A stretch of DNA of 64,000 nt from assembly GCF_044704955.1 (NCBI RefSeq), contig NC_091995.1, positions 53,010,001 through 53,074,000 of the forward strand. The letters run 5' to 3'. Of this stretch, positions 22,201 through 34,400 are shown piece after piece (within the stretch, counting starts at the first letter, position 1; every line of letters starts with the position of its first letter). The position numbers and the translations under genes were made by a program. The DNA comes from Pristiophorus japonicus. Its lineage: Eukaryota. The notes beneath the pieces were generated by a model. It saw nothing but the letters and a program-made list of their open reading frames with translations, was not told the origin of the DNA and made no database searches.

Positions 22201-23590
22201 GGATTCAAAATAAAGGAGTGAGGGCAGGGGTCAAACTAACGGAGTGAGAGGAGGGGGTCAAAGTAACGGGGAGTGAGGGGAAGGGGTCTAACTGAAGGAG
22301 TGAGGGGAGGGGTCAAACTAATGGAGTGATGGGAGGGTTCAAACTAACGAAGTGAGGGGATGGGTCACCCTAACGGAGTGAGGGGAGGGGTTAAAGTCAC
22401 AGATTGAGGGGAGGGGTCAAGCTCACGGAGTGAACGGAGGGCGTCAAACTAACGGAGTGTGCGGAAGGGTCAAACTGATGGGGTGTGAGGGGAGGGGTCA
22501 AACTAACGGAGTGAGGGGAGGGGTCAAACTAACGGGGAGTGAGGGGAGGGGTCAAACTAACGGAGTGAGGGGAGGATTCAAACTTACGTGGAGTGAGGGG
22601 AGGGGTCAAACTAACGGAGCGAGGGGAGGATTCAAACTTACGTGGAGTGAGGGGAGGGGTCAAACTAACAGTGTGAGGGGAGGGGTCAAACTAAAGGAGT
22701 GAGGGGAGAGGTCAAACTAACAGAATGAGGGGAGGGGTCAAACTAACGGAGTGAGGGGTGGGTTCAAACAAACGGAGTGAGGTGATGGATCAATCTAACG
22801 GGGTGTGAGGGGAGGGGATCAAACTAATGGAGTGAGGGGAGGGGCTCAAACTAACGGAGTGAGGGGAGCGGTCAAATTAACGGGGAGTGAGGGGAGGGTT
22901 CAATCTAAGGGAGTGAGAGGAGGGGGTCAAACTAACGGAGTGAGGGGAGGGGCTCAAACTAACGGAGTGAGGGGAGCGGTCAAACTAACGGGGAGTGAGG
23001 GGAGGGGTCAATCTAAGGGAGTGAGAGGAGGGGGTCAAACTAACGGAGTGAGGGGAGGGGTCAAACTAACGGAGTGAGGGGAGGAGTCAAACTAACAGTG
23101 TGAGGGGAGGGGTCAAACTAACGGAGCGAGGGGAGGATTCAAACATACGTGGATTGAGGGGAGGGGTCAAACTAACGGAGTGAGGGGAGGGTTCAAACTA
23201 ACATTGTGAGGGGAGGGGTCAAACTAACGGAGCGAGGGGAGTGGTCAAAATAACGGGGAGTGAGGGGAGGGGTCAAACTAACAGTGTGAGGGGAGGGGTC
23301 AAACTAACGGAGTGAGGGGAGCAGTCAAACTAACGGGGAGTGAGGGGAGGGTTCAATCTAAGGGAGTGAGAGGAGGGGGTCAAACTAACGGAGTGAGGGG
23401 AGGGGCTCAAACTAACGGAGTGAGGGGAGCGGTCAAACTAACGGGGAGCGAGGGGAGGGGTCAATCTAAGGGAGTGAGAGGAGGGGGTCAAACTAACGGA
23501 GTGAGGGGAGGGGTCAAACTAACGGAGTGAGGGGAGGGTTCAAACTAACATTGTGAGGGGAGGGGTCAAACTAACGGAGCGAGGGGAGGA
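16215..23590 (+). repeat. ~3.66-3.7-kb tandem duplication within the array (2 copies)
   Basis: Six ORF pairs lie at an exact offset of 3662 (16520/20182, 16763/20425, 17851/21513, 18768/22430, 19143/22805, 19650/23312). Boundaries are approximate. Confidence 0.92.
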
Positions 23591-25180
23591 TTCAAACTTA
23601 CGTGGAGTGAGGGGAGGGGTCAAACTAACAGTGTGAGGGGAGGGGTCAAACTAACGGAGTGAGGGGAGGGGTCAAACTAAAGGAGTGAGGGGAGGGATCA
23701 AACTAACAGAGTGAGGGGAGAGGTCAAACTAACGGAGTGAGGGGAGAGGTCAAACTAACGGAGTGAGGGGTGGGTTCAAACAAACGGAGTGAGGTGATGG
23801 ATCAATCTAACGGGGTGTGAGGGGAGGGGATCAAACTAATGGAGTGAGGGGAGGGGCTCAAACTAACGGAGTGAGGGGAGCGGTCAAATTAACGGGGAGT
23901 GAGGGAGGGGTCAATCTAAGGGAGTGAGAGGAGGGGGTCAAACTAACGGAGTGTGGGGAGGGGCTCAAACTAACGGAGTGAGGGGAGCGGTCAAACTAAT
24001 GGGGAGTGAGGGGAGGGGTCAATCTAAGGGAGTGAGAGGAGGGGGTCAAACTAACGGAGTGAGGGGAGGGGTCAAACTAACGGAGTGAGGGGAGGGTCAA
24101 ACTAACATTGTGAGGAGAGGGGTCAAACTAACGAAGTGAGGGGAGGAGTCACACTAACGGAGTGAGGGGAGGGATCAAACTAACGGAGTGAGGGGAGGGG
24201 TCAAACTAACGGAGTGAGTGGAGGGGTCAAACTAACAGTGTGAGCGGAGGGGTCAAACTAACGGAGTGAGGGGAGCAGTCAAACTAACGGGGAGTGAGGG
24301 GAGGGTTCAATCTAAGGGAGTGAGAGGAGGGGGTCAAACTAACGGAGTGAGGGGAGGGGCTCAAACTAACAGAGTGAGGGGAGCGGTCAAACTAACGGGG
24401 AGCGAGGGGAGGGGTCAATCTAAGGGAGTGAGAGGAGGGGGTCAAACTAACGGAGTGAGGGGAGGGGTCAAACTAACGGAGTGAGGGGAGGGTTCAAACT
24501 AACATTGTGAGGGGAGGGGTCAAACTAACGGAGCGAGGGGAGGATTCAAACTTACGTGGAGTGAGGGGAGGGGTCAAACTAACAGTGTGAGGGGAGGGGT
24601 CAAACTAACGGAGTGAGGGGAGGGGTCAAACTAAAGGAGTGAGGGGAGGGATCAAACTAACAGAGTGAGGGGAGAGGTCAAACTAACGGAGTGAGGGGAG
24701 AGGTCAAACTAACGGAGTGAGGGGTGGGTTCAAACAAACGGAGTGAGGTGATGGATCAATCTAACGGGGTGTGAGGGGAGGGGATCAAACTAATGGAGTG
24801 AGGGGAGGGGCTCAAACTAACGGAGTGAGGGGAGCGGTCAAATTAACGGGGAGTGAGGGAGGGGTCAATCTAAGGGAGTGAGAGGAGGGGGTCAAACTAA
24901 CGGAGTGTGGGGAGGGGCTCAAACTAACGGAGTGAGGGGAGCGGTCAAACTAATGGGGAGTGAGGGGAGGGGTCAATCTAAGGGAGTGAGAGGAGGGGGT
25001 CAAACTAACGGAGTGAGGGCAGGGGTCAAACTAACGGAGTGAGGGGAGGGTCAAACTAACATTGTGAGGAGAGGGGTCAAACTAACGAAGTGAGGGGAGG
25101 AGTCACACTAACGGAGTGAGGGGAGGGATCAAACTAACGGAGTGAGGGGAGGGGTCAAACTAACGGAGTGAGTGGCGGGG
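23270..25180 (+). repeat. 954-bp tandem duplication within the array
   Basis: ORFs 23312/24266 (one amino acid different) with the same order of variant units. Boundaries are approximate. Confidence 0.8.
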
Positions 25181-27839
25181 TCAAACTAACGGAGTGAGGT
25201 GAGAGGTCAAACTAACGGAGTGAGGGTAGGGGTCAAACTAACGGAGTGAGGGGAGCAGTCAAACAAACGGGGTGTGAGGGGAGGGGTCAAACTAACGGAG
25301 TGAGGGGAGGGGTCAAACTAATGGAGTGAGGGGAGGATTCAAAATAACGGAGTGAGGGCAGGGGTCAAACTAACGGAGTGAGAGGAGAGGGTCAAAGTAA
25401 CGGGGAGTGAGGGGAAGGGGTCAAACTGAAGAGTGAGGGGAGGGGTCAAACTAATGGAGTGAGGGGAGGCTTCAAACTAACGGAGTGAGGGGATGGGTCA
25501 CACTAACGGAGTGAGGGGAGGGGTTAAAGTCACAGATTGAGGGGAGGGGTCAAGCTCACGGAGTGAAGGGAGGGGGTCAAACTAACGGAGTGTGGGGAAG
25601 GGTCAAACTGATGGGGTGTGAGGGGAGGGGTCAAACTAACGGAGTGAGGGGAGTGGTCAAACTAACGGGGAGTGAGGGGAGGGGTCAAACTAACGGAGTG
25701 AGGGGACGGATCAAACTAACGGAGCGAGGGGAGGATTCAAACTTACGTGGAGTGAGGGGAGGGGTCAAACTAACAGTGTGAGGGGAGGGGTCAAAGTAAC
25801 GGAGTGAGGGGAGCGGTCAAACTAACGGGGAGTGAGGGGAGGGGTCAATCTAAGGGAGTGAGAGGAGGGTCTCAATCTAACGGAGTGAGGGGAGGGGTCA
25901 AACTAACGGAGTGAGGGGAGGGGCTCAAACTAACGGAGTGAGCGGAGGGGTCAAACTAAAGGAGTGAGGGGAGAGGTCAAACTAACGGAATGAGGGGAGG
26001 GGTCAAACTAACGGAGTGAGGGGAGGTGTCAAACTAACGGAGTGAGGGGAGGAGTCAAACTAATAGAGTGAGGGGAGAGGTCAAACTAATGGAGTGAGGG
26101 GACGGGTCACACTAACGGAGTCAGGGGAGGGGTCAAACTAACGGAGTGAGGGGAGGGGTCAAACTATCGGAGTGAGTGGAGGGGTCAAACTAACGGAGTG
26201 AGGGGAGAGGTCAAACTAACGGAGTGAGGGGAGGGTTCAAACAAACGGACTGAGGTGAGGGGTCAATCTAACGGGGTGTGAGGGGAGGGGCTCAAACTAA
26301 CGGAGTGAGGGGAGAGGTCAAACTAACGGGGAGTGAGGGGAGGGGTCAATCTAAGGGAATGAGAGGAGGGGGTCAAACTAACGGAGTGAGAGGAGGGGCT
26401 CAAACTAACGGAGTGAGGGGAGCGGTCAAACTAACGGGGAGTGAGGGGAGGGGTTAATCTAAGGGAGTGAGAAGAGGGGGTCAAACTAACGGAGTGAGGG
26501 GAGGGGTCAATCTAAGGGAGTGAGAGGAGGGTCTCAAACTAACGGAGTGAGGGGAGGGGTCAAACTAACGGAGTGAGGGGAGGGGCTCAAACTAACGGAG
26601 TGAGCGGAGGGGTCAAACTTAAGGAGTGAGGGGAGGGATCAAACTAACGGAGTGAGGGGAGAGGTCAAACTAACGGAATGAGGGGAGGGGTCAAACTAAC
26701 GGAGTGAGGGGAGGTGTCAAACTAACGGAGTGAGGGGAGGAGTCAAACTAATGGAGTGAGGGGAGGATTCAAAATAACGGAGTGAGGGCAGGGGTCAAAC
26801 TAACGGAGTGAGAGGAGTGGGTCAAAGTAACGGGGAGTGAGGGGAAGGGGTCAAACTGAAGGAGTGAGGGGAGGGGTCAAACTAATGGAGTGAAGGGAGG
26901 GTTCAAACTAACGAAGTGAGGGGATGGGTCACCCTAACGGAGTGAGGGGAGGGGTTAAAGTCACAGATTGAGGGGAGGGGTCAAGCTCACGGAGTGAACG
27001 GAGGGCGTCAAACTAACGGAGTGTGCGGAAGGGTCAAACTGATGGGGTGTGAGGGGAGGGGTCAAACTAACGGAGTGAGGGGAGGGGTCAAACTAACGGG
27101 GAGTGAGGGGAGGGGTCAAACTAACGGAGTGAGGGGAGGGGTCAAACTAACGGAGTGAGGGGAGGATTCAAACTTACGTGGAGTGAGGGGAGGGGTCAAA
27201 CTAACGGAGCGAGGGGAGGATTCAAACTTACGTGGAGTGAGGGGAGGGGTCAAACTAACAGTGTGAGGGGAGGGGTCAAACTAAAGGAGTGAGGGGAGGG
27301 ATCAAACTAACGGAGTGAGGGGAGAGGTCAAACTAAAGGAGTGAGGGGAGGGATCAAACTAACGGAGTGAGGGGAGAGGTCAAACTAACAGAATGAGGGG
27401 AGGGGTCAAACTAACGGAGTGAGGGGTGGGTTCAAACAAACGGAGTGAGGTGATGGATCAATCTAACGGGGTGTGAGGGGAGGGGATCAAACTAATGGAG
27501 TGAGGGGAGGGGCTCAAACTAACGGAGTGAGGGGAGCGGTCAAATTAACGGGGAGTGAGGGGAGGGTTCAATCTAAGGGAGTGAGAGGAGGGGGTCAAAC
27601 TAACGGAGTGAGGGGAGGGGCTCAAACTAACGGAGTGAGGGGAGCGGTCAAACTAACGGGGAGTGAGGGGAGGGGTCAATCTAAGGGAGTGAGAGGAGGG
27701 GGTCAAACTAACGGAGTGAGGGGAGGGGTCAAACTAACGGAGTGAGGGGAGGAGTCAAACTAACATTGTGAGGGGAGGGGTCAAACTAACGGAGCGAGGG
27801 GAGGATTCAAACTTACGTGGATTGAGGGGAGGGGTCAAA

Positions 27840-30800
27840 CTAACAGTGTGAGGGGAGGGGTCAAACTAACGGAGTGAGGGGAGGGGTCAAACTAAAGGAG
27901 TGAGGGGAGGGATCAAACTAACAGAGTGAGGGGAGAGGTCAAACTAACGGAGTGAGGGGAGAGGTCAAACTAACGGAGTGAGGGGTGGGTTCAAACAAAC
28001 GGAGTGAGGTGATGGATCAATCTAACGGGGTGTGAGGGGATGGGTCAAACTAACGGAGTGAGTGGAGGGGTCAAACTAACGGAGTGAGGTGAGAGGTCAA
28101 ACTAACGGAGTGAGGGTAGGGGTCAAACTAACGGAGTGAGGGGAGCAGTCAAACTAACGGGGAGTGAGGGGAGGGGTCAAACTAACGGAGTGAGGGGAGG
28201 GGTCAAACTAATGGAGTGAGGGGAGGATTCAAAATAACGGAGTGAGGGCAGGGGTCAAACTAACGGAGTGAGAGGAGAGGGTCAAAGTAACGGGGAGTGA
28301 GGGCAAGGGGTCAAACTGAAGGAGTGAGGGGAGGGGTCAAACTAATGGAGTGAGGGGAGGGTTCAAACTAACGGAGTGAGGGGATGGGTCACACTAATGG
28401 AGTGAGGGGAGGGGTTAAAGTCACAGATTGAGGGGAGGGGTCAAGCTCACGGAGTGAAGGGAGGGGGTCAAACTAACGGAGTGTGGGGAAGGGTAAAACT
28501 GATGGGGTGTGAGGGGAGGGGTCAAACTAACGGAGTGAGGGGAGTGGTCAAACTAACGGGGAGTGAGGGGAGGGGTCAAACTAACAGTGTGAGGGGAGGG
28601 GTCAAACTAACGGAGTGAGGGGAGCAGTCAAACTAACGGGGAGTGAGGGGAGGGTTCAATCTAAGGGAGTGAGAGGAGGGGGTCAAACTAACGGAGTGAG
28701 GGGAGGGGCTCAAACTAACGGAGTGAGGGGAGCGGTCAAACTAACGGGGAGCGAGGGGAGGGGTCAATCTAAGGGAGTGAGAGGAGGGGGTCAAACTAAC
28801 GGAGTGAGGGGAGGGGTCAAACTAACGGAGTGAGGGGAGGGTTCAAACTAACATTGTGAGGGGAGGGGTCAAACTAACGGAGCGAGGGGAGGATTCAAAC
28901 TTACGTGGAGTGAGGGGAGGGGTCAAACTAACAGTGTGAGGGGAGGGGTCAAACTAACGGAGTGAGGGGAGGGGTCAAACTAAAGGAGTGAGGGGAGGGA
29001 TCAAACTAACAGAGTGAGGGGAGAGGTCAAACTAACGGAGTGAGGGGAGAGGTCAAACTAACGGAGTGAGGGGAGCGGTCAAACTAACGGGGATTGAGGG
29101 GAGGGGTCAAACTAACAGTGTGAGGGGAGGGGTCAAACTAACGGAGTGAGGGGAGGGGTCAAACTAAAGGAGTGAGGGGAGGGATCAAACTAACAGAGTG
29201 AGGGGAGAGGTCAAACTAACGGAGTGAGGGGAGAGGTCAAACTAACGGAGTGAGGGGTGGGTTCAAACAAACGGAGTGAGGTGATGGATCAATCTAACGG
29301 GGTGTGAGGGGATGGGTCAAACTAACGGAGTGAGTGGAGGGGTCAAACTAACGGAGTGAGGTGAGAGGTCAAACTAACGGAGTGAGGGTAGGGGTCAAAC
29401 TAACGGAGTGAGGGGAGCAGTCAAACTAACGGGGAGTGAGGGGAGGGGTCAAACTAACGGAGTGAGGGGAGGGGTCAAACTAATGGAGTGAGGGGAGGAT
29501 TCAAAATAACGGAGTGAGGGCAGGGGTCAAACTAACGGAGTGAGAGGAGAGGGTCAAAGTAACGGGGAGTGAGGGGAAGGGGTCAAACTGAAGGAGTGAG
29601 GGGAGGGGTCAAACTAATGGAGTGAGGGGAGGGTTCAAACTAACGGAGTGAGGGGATGGGTCACACTAATGGAGTGAGGGGAGGGGTTAAAGTCACAGAT
29701 TGAGGGGAGGGGTCAAGCTCACGGAGTGAAGGGAGGGGGTCAAACTAACGGAGTGTGGGGAAGGGTCAAACTGATGGGGTGTGAGGGGAGGGGTCAAACT
29801 AACGGAGTGAGGGGAGTGGTCAAACTAACGGGGAGTGAGGGGAGGGGTCAAACTAACAGTGTGAGGGGAGGGGTCAAACTAACGGAGTGAGGGGAGCAGT
29901 CAAACTAACGGGGAGTGAGGGGAGGGTTCAATCTAAGGGAGTGAGAGGAGGGGGTCAAACTAACGGAGTGAGGGGAGGTGCTCAAACTAACGGAGTGAGG
30001 GGAGCGGTCAAACTAACGGGGAGCGAGGGGAGGGGTCAATCTAAGGGAGTGAGAGGAGGGGGTCAAACTAACGGAGTGAGGGGAGGGGTCAAACTAACGG
30101 AGTGAGGGGAGGGTTCAAACTAACATTGTGAGGGGAGGGGTCAAACTAACGGAGCGAGGGGAGGATTCAAACTTACGTGGAGTGAGGGGAGGGGTCAAAC
30201 TAACAGTGTGAGGGGAGGGGTCAAACTAACGGAGTGAGGGGAGGGGTCAAACTAAAGGAGTGAGGGGAGGGATCAAACTAACAGAGTGAGGGGAGAGGTC
30301 AAACTAACGGAGTGAGGGGAGAGGTCAAACTAACGGAGTGAGGGGTGGGTTCAAACAAACGGAGTGAGGTGATGGATCAATCTAACGGGGTGTGAGGGGA
30401 GGGGATCAAACTAATGGAGTGAGGGGAGGGGCTCAAACTAACGGAGTGAGGGGAGCGGTCAAATTAACGGGGAGTGAGGGAGGGGTCAATCTAAGGGAGT
30501 GAGAGGAGGGGGTCAAACTAACGGAGTGTGGGGAGGGGCTCAAACTAACGGAGTGAGGGGAGCGGTCAAACTAACGGGGAGTGAGGGGAGGGGTCAATCT
30601 AAGGGAGTGAGAGGAGGGGGTCAAACTAACGGAGTGAGGGGAGGGGTCAAACTAACGGAGTGAGGGGAGGGTCAAACTAACATTGTGAGGAGAGGGGTCA
30701 AACTAACGAAGTGAGGGGAGGAGTCACACTAACGGAGTGAGGGGAGGGATCAAACTAACGGAGTGAGGGGAGGGGTCAAACTAACGGAGTGAGTGGAGGG

Positions 30801-33800
30801 GTCAAACTAACGGAGTGAGGTGAGAGGTCAAACTAACGGGGTATGAGGGGAGGGGTCAAACTAACGGAGTGAGGGGAGGGGTCAAACTAATGGAGTGAGG
30901 GGAGGATTCAAAATAACGGAGTGAGGGCAGGGGTCAAACTAACGGAGTGAGAGGAGAGGGTCAAAGTAACGGGGAGTGAGGGGAAGGGGTCAAACTGAAG
31001 GAGTGAGGGGAGGGGTCAAACTAATGGAGTGAGGGGAGGCTTCAAACTAACGGAGTGAGGGGATGGGTCACACTAACGGAGTGAGGGGAGGGGTTAAAGT
31101 CACAGATTGAGGGGAGGGGTCAAGCTCACGGAGTGAAGGGAGGGGGTCAAACTAACGGAGTGTGGGGAAGGGTCAAACTGATGGGGTGTGAGGGGAGGGG
31201 TCAAACTAACGGAGTGAGGGGAGTGGTCAAACTAACGGGGAGTGAGGGGAGGGGTCAAACTAACGGAGTGAGGGGACGGATCAAACTAACGGAGCGAGGG
31301 GAGGATTCAAACTTACGTGGAGTGAGGGGAGGGGTCAAACTAACAGTGTGAGGGGAGGGGTCAAAGTAACGGAGTGAGGGGAGCGATCAAACTAACGGGG
31401 AGTGAGGGGAGGGGTCAATCTAAGGGAGTGAGAGGAGGGTCTCAATCTAACGGAGTGAGGGGAGGGGTCAAACTAACGGAGTGAGGGGAGGGGCTCAAAC
31501 TAACGGAGTGAGCGGAGGGGTCAAACTAAAGGAGTGAGGGGAGAGGTCAAACTAACGGAATGAGGGGAGGGGTCAAACTAACGGAGTGAGGGGAGGTGTC
31601 AAACTAACGGAGTGAGGGGAGGAGTCAAACTAATAGAGTGAGGGGAGAGGTCAAACTAATGGAGTGAGGGGACGGGTCACACTAACGGAGTCAGGGGAGG
31701 GGTCAAACTAACGGAGTGAGGGGAGGGGTCAAACTATCGGAGTGAGTGGAGGGGTCAAACTAACGGAGTGAGGGGAGAGGTCAAACTAACGGAGTGAGGG
31801 GAGGGTTCAAACAAACGGACTGAGGTGATGGATCAATCTAACGGGGTGTGAGGGGAGGGGCTCAAACTAACGGAGTGAGGGGAGAGGTCAAACTAACGGG
31901 GAGTGAGGGGAGGGGTCAAACTAACGGAGTGAGGGTAGGGGTCAAACTAACGGAGTGAGGGGAGCAGTCAAACTAACGGGGAGTGAGGGGAGGGGTCAAA
32001 CTAACGGAGTGAGGGGAGGGGTCAAACTAATGGAGTGAGGGGAGGATTCAAAATAACGGAGTGAGGGCAGGGGTCAAACTAACGGAGTGAGAGGAGAGGG
32101 TCAAAGTAACGGGGAGTGAGGGGAAGGGGTCAAACTGAAGGAGTGAGGGGAGGGGTCAAACTAATGGAGTGAGGGGAGGGTGCAAACTAACGGAGTGAGG
32201 GGATGGGTCACACTAATGGAGTGAGGGGAGGGGTTAAAGTCACAGATTGAGGGGAGGGGTCAAGCTCACGGAGTGAAGGGAGGGGGTCAAACTAACGGAG
32301 TGTGGGGAAGGGTCAAACTGATGGGGTGTGAGGGGAGGGGTCAAACTAACGGAGTGAGGGGAGTGGTCAAACTAACGGGGAGTGAGGGGAGGGGTCAAAC
32401 TAACAGTGTGAGGGGAGGGGTCAAACTAACGGAGTGAGGGGAGCAGTCAAACTAACGGGGAGTGAGGGGAGGGTTCAATCTAAGGGAGTGAGAGGAGGGG
32501 GTCAAACTAACGGAGTGAGGGGAGGGGCTCAAACTAACGGAGTGAGGGGAGCGGTCAAACTAACGGGGAGCGAGGGGAGGGGTCAATCTAAGGGAGTGAG
32601 AGGAGGGGGTCAAACTAACGGAGTGAGGGGAGGGGTCAAACTAACGGAGTGAGGGGAGGGTTCAAACTAACATTGTGAGGGGAGGGGTCAAACTAACGGA
32701 GCGAGGGGAGGATTCAAACTTACGTGGAGTGAGGGGAGGGGTCAAACTAACAGTGTGAGGGGAGGGGTCAAACTAACGGAGTGAGGGGAGGGGTCAAACT
32801 AAAGGAGTGAGGGGAGGGATCAAACTAACAGAGTGAGGGGAGAGGTCAAACTAACGGAGTGAGGGGTGGGTTCAAACAAACGGAGTGAGGTGATGGATCA
32901 ATCTAACGGGGTGTGAGGGGAGGGGATCAAACTAATGGAGTGAGGGGAGGGGCTCAAACTAACGGAGTGAGGGGAGCGGTCAAATTAACGGGGAGTGAGG
33001 GAGCGGTCAATCTAAGGGAGTGAGAGGAGGGGGTCAAACTAACGGAGTGTGGGGAGGGGCTCAAACTAACGGAGTGAGGGGAGCGGTCAAACTAACGGGG
33101 AGTGAGGGGAGGGGTCAATCTAAGGGAGTGAGAGGAGGGGGTCAAACTAACGGAGTGAGGGGAGGGGTCAAACTAACGGAGTGAGGGGAGGGTCAAACTA
33201 ACATTGTGAGGAGAGGGGTCAAACTAACGAAGTGAGGGGAGGAGTCACACTAACGGAGTGAGGGGAGGGATCAAACTAACGGAGTGAGGGGAGGGGTCAA
33301 ACTAACGGAGTGAGTGGAGGGGTCAAACTAACGGAGTGAGGTGAGAGGTCAAACTAACGGGGTATGAGGGGAGGGGTCAAACTAACGGAGTGAGGGGAGG
33401 GGTCAAACTAATGGAGTGAGGGGAGGATTCAAAATAACGGAGTGAGGGCAGGGGTCAAACTAACGGAGTGAGAGGAGAGGGTCAAAGTAACGGGGAGTGA
33501 GGGGAAAGGGTCAAACTGAAGGAGTGAGGGGAGGGGTCAAACTAATGGAGTGAGGGGAGGCTTCAAACTAACGGAGTGAGGGGATGGGTCACACTAACGG
33601 AGTGAGGGGAGGGGTTAAAGTCACAGATTGAGGGGAGGGGTCAAGCTCACGGAGTGAAGGGAGGGGGTCAAACTAACGGAGTGTGGGGAAGGGTCAAACT
33701 GATGGGGTGTGAGGGGAGGGGTCAAACTAACGGAGTGAGGGGAGTGGTCAAACTAACGGGGAGTGAGGGGAGGGGTCAAACTAACGGAGTGAGGGGACGG

Positions 33801-34400
33801 ATCAAACTAACGGAGCGAGGGGAGGATTCAAACTTACGTGGAGTGAGGGGAGGGGTCAAACTAACAGTGTGAGGGGAGGGGTCAAAGTAACGGAGTGAGG
33901 GGAGCGATCAAACTAACGGGGAGTGAGGGGAGGGGTCAATCTAAGGGAGTGAGAGGAGGGTCTCAATCTAACGGAGTGAGGGGAGGGGTCAAACTAACGG
34001 AGTGAGGGGAGGGGCTCAAACTAACGGAGTGAGCGGAGGGGTCAAACTAAAGGAGTGAGGGGAGAGGTCAAACTAACGGAATGAGGGGAGGGGTCAAACT
34101 AACGGAGTGAGGGGAGGTGTCAAACTAACGGAGTGAGGGGAGGAGTCAAACTAATAGAGTGAGGGGAGAGGTCAAACTAATGGAGTGAGGGGACGGGTCA
34201 CACTAACGGAGTCAGGGGAGGTGTCAAACTAACGGAGTGAGGGGAGGGGTCAAACTATCGGAGTGAGTGGAGGGGTCAAACTAACGGAGTGAGGGGAGAG
34301 GTCAAACTAACGGAGTGAGGGGAGGGTTCAAACAAACGGACTGAGGTGAGGGGTCAATCTAACGGGGTGTGAGGGGAGGGGCTCAAACTAACGGAGTGAG
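27840..34400 (+). repeat. Nested 1272-bp and ~2.52-2.55-kb duplications within the array
   Basis: ORF offsets: 28615/29887 = 1272, 29887/32434 = 2547, 31133/33654 = 2521. The last two differ by one 26-bp unit. Confidence 0.78.
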
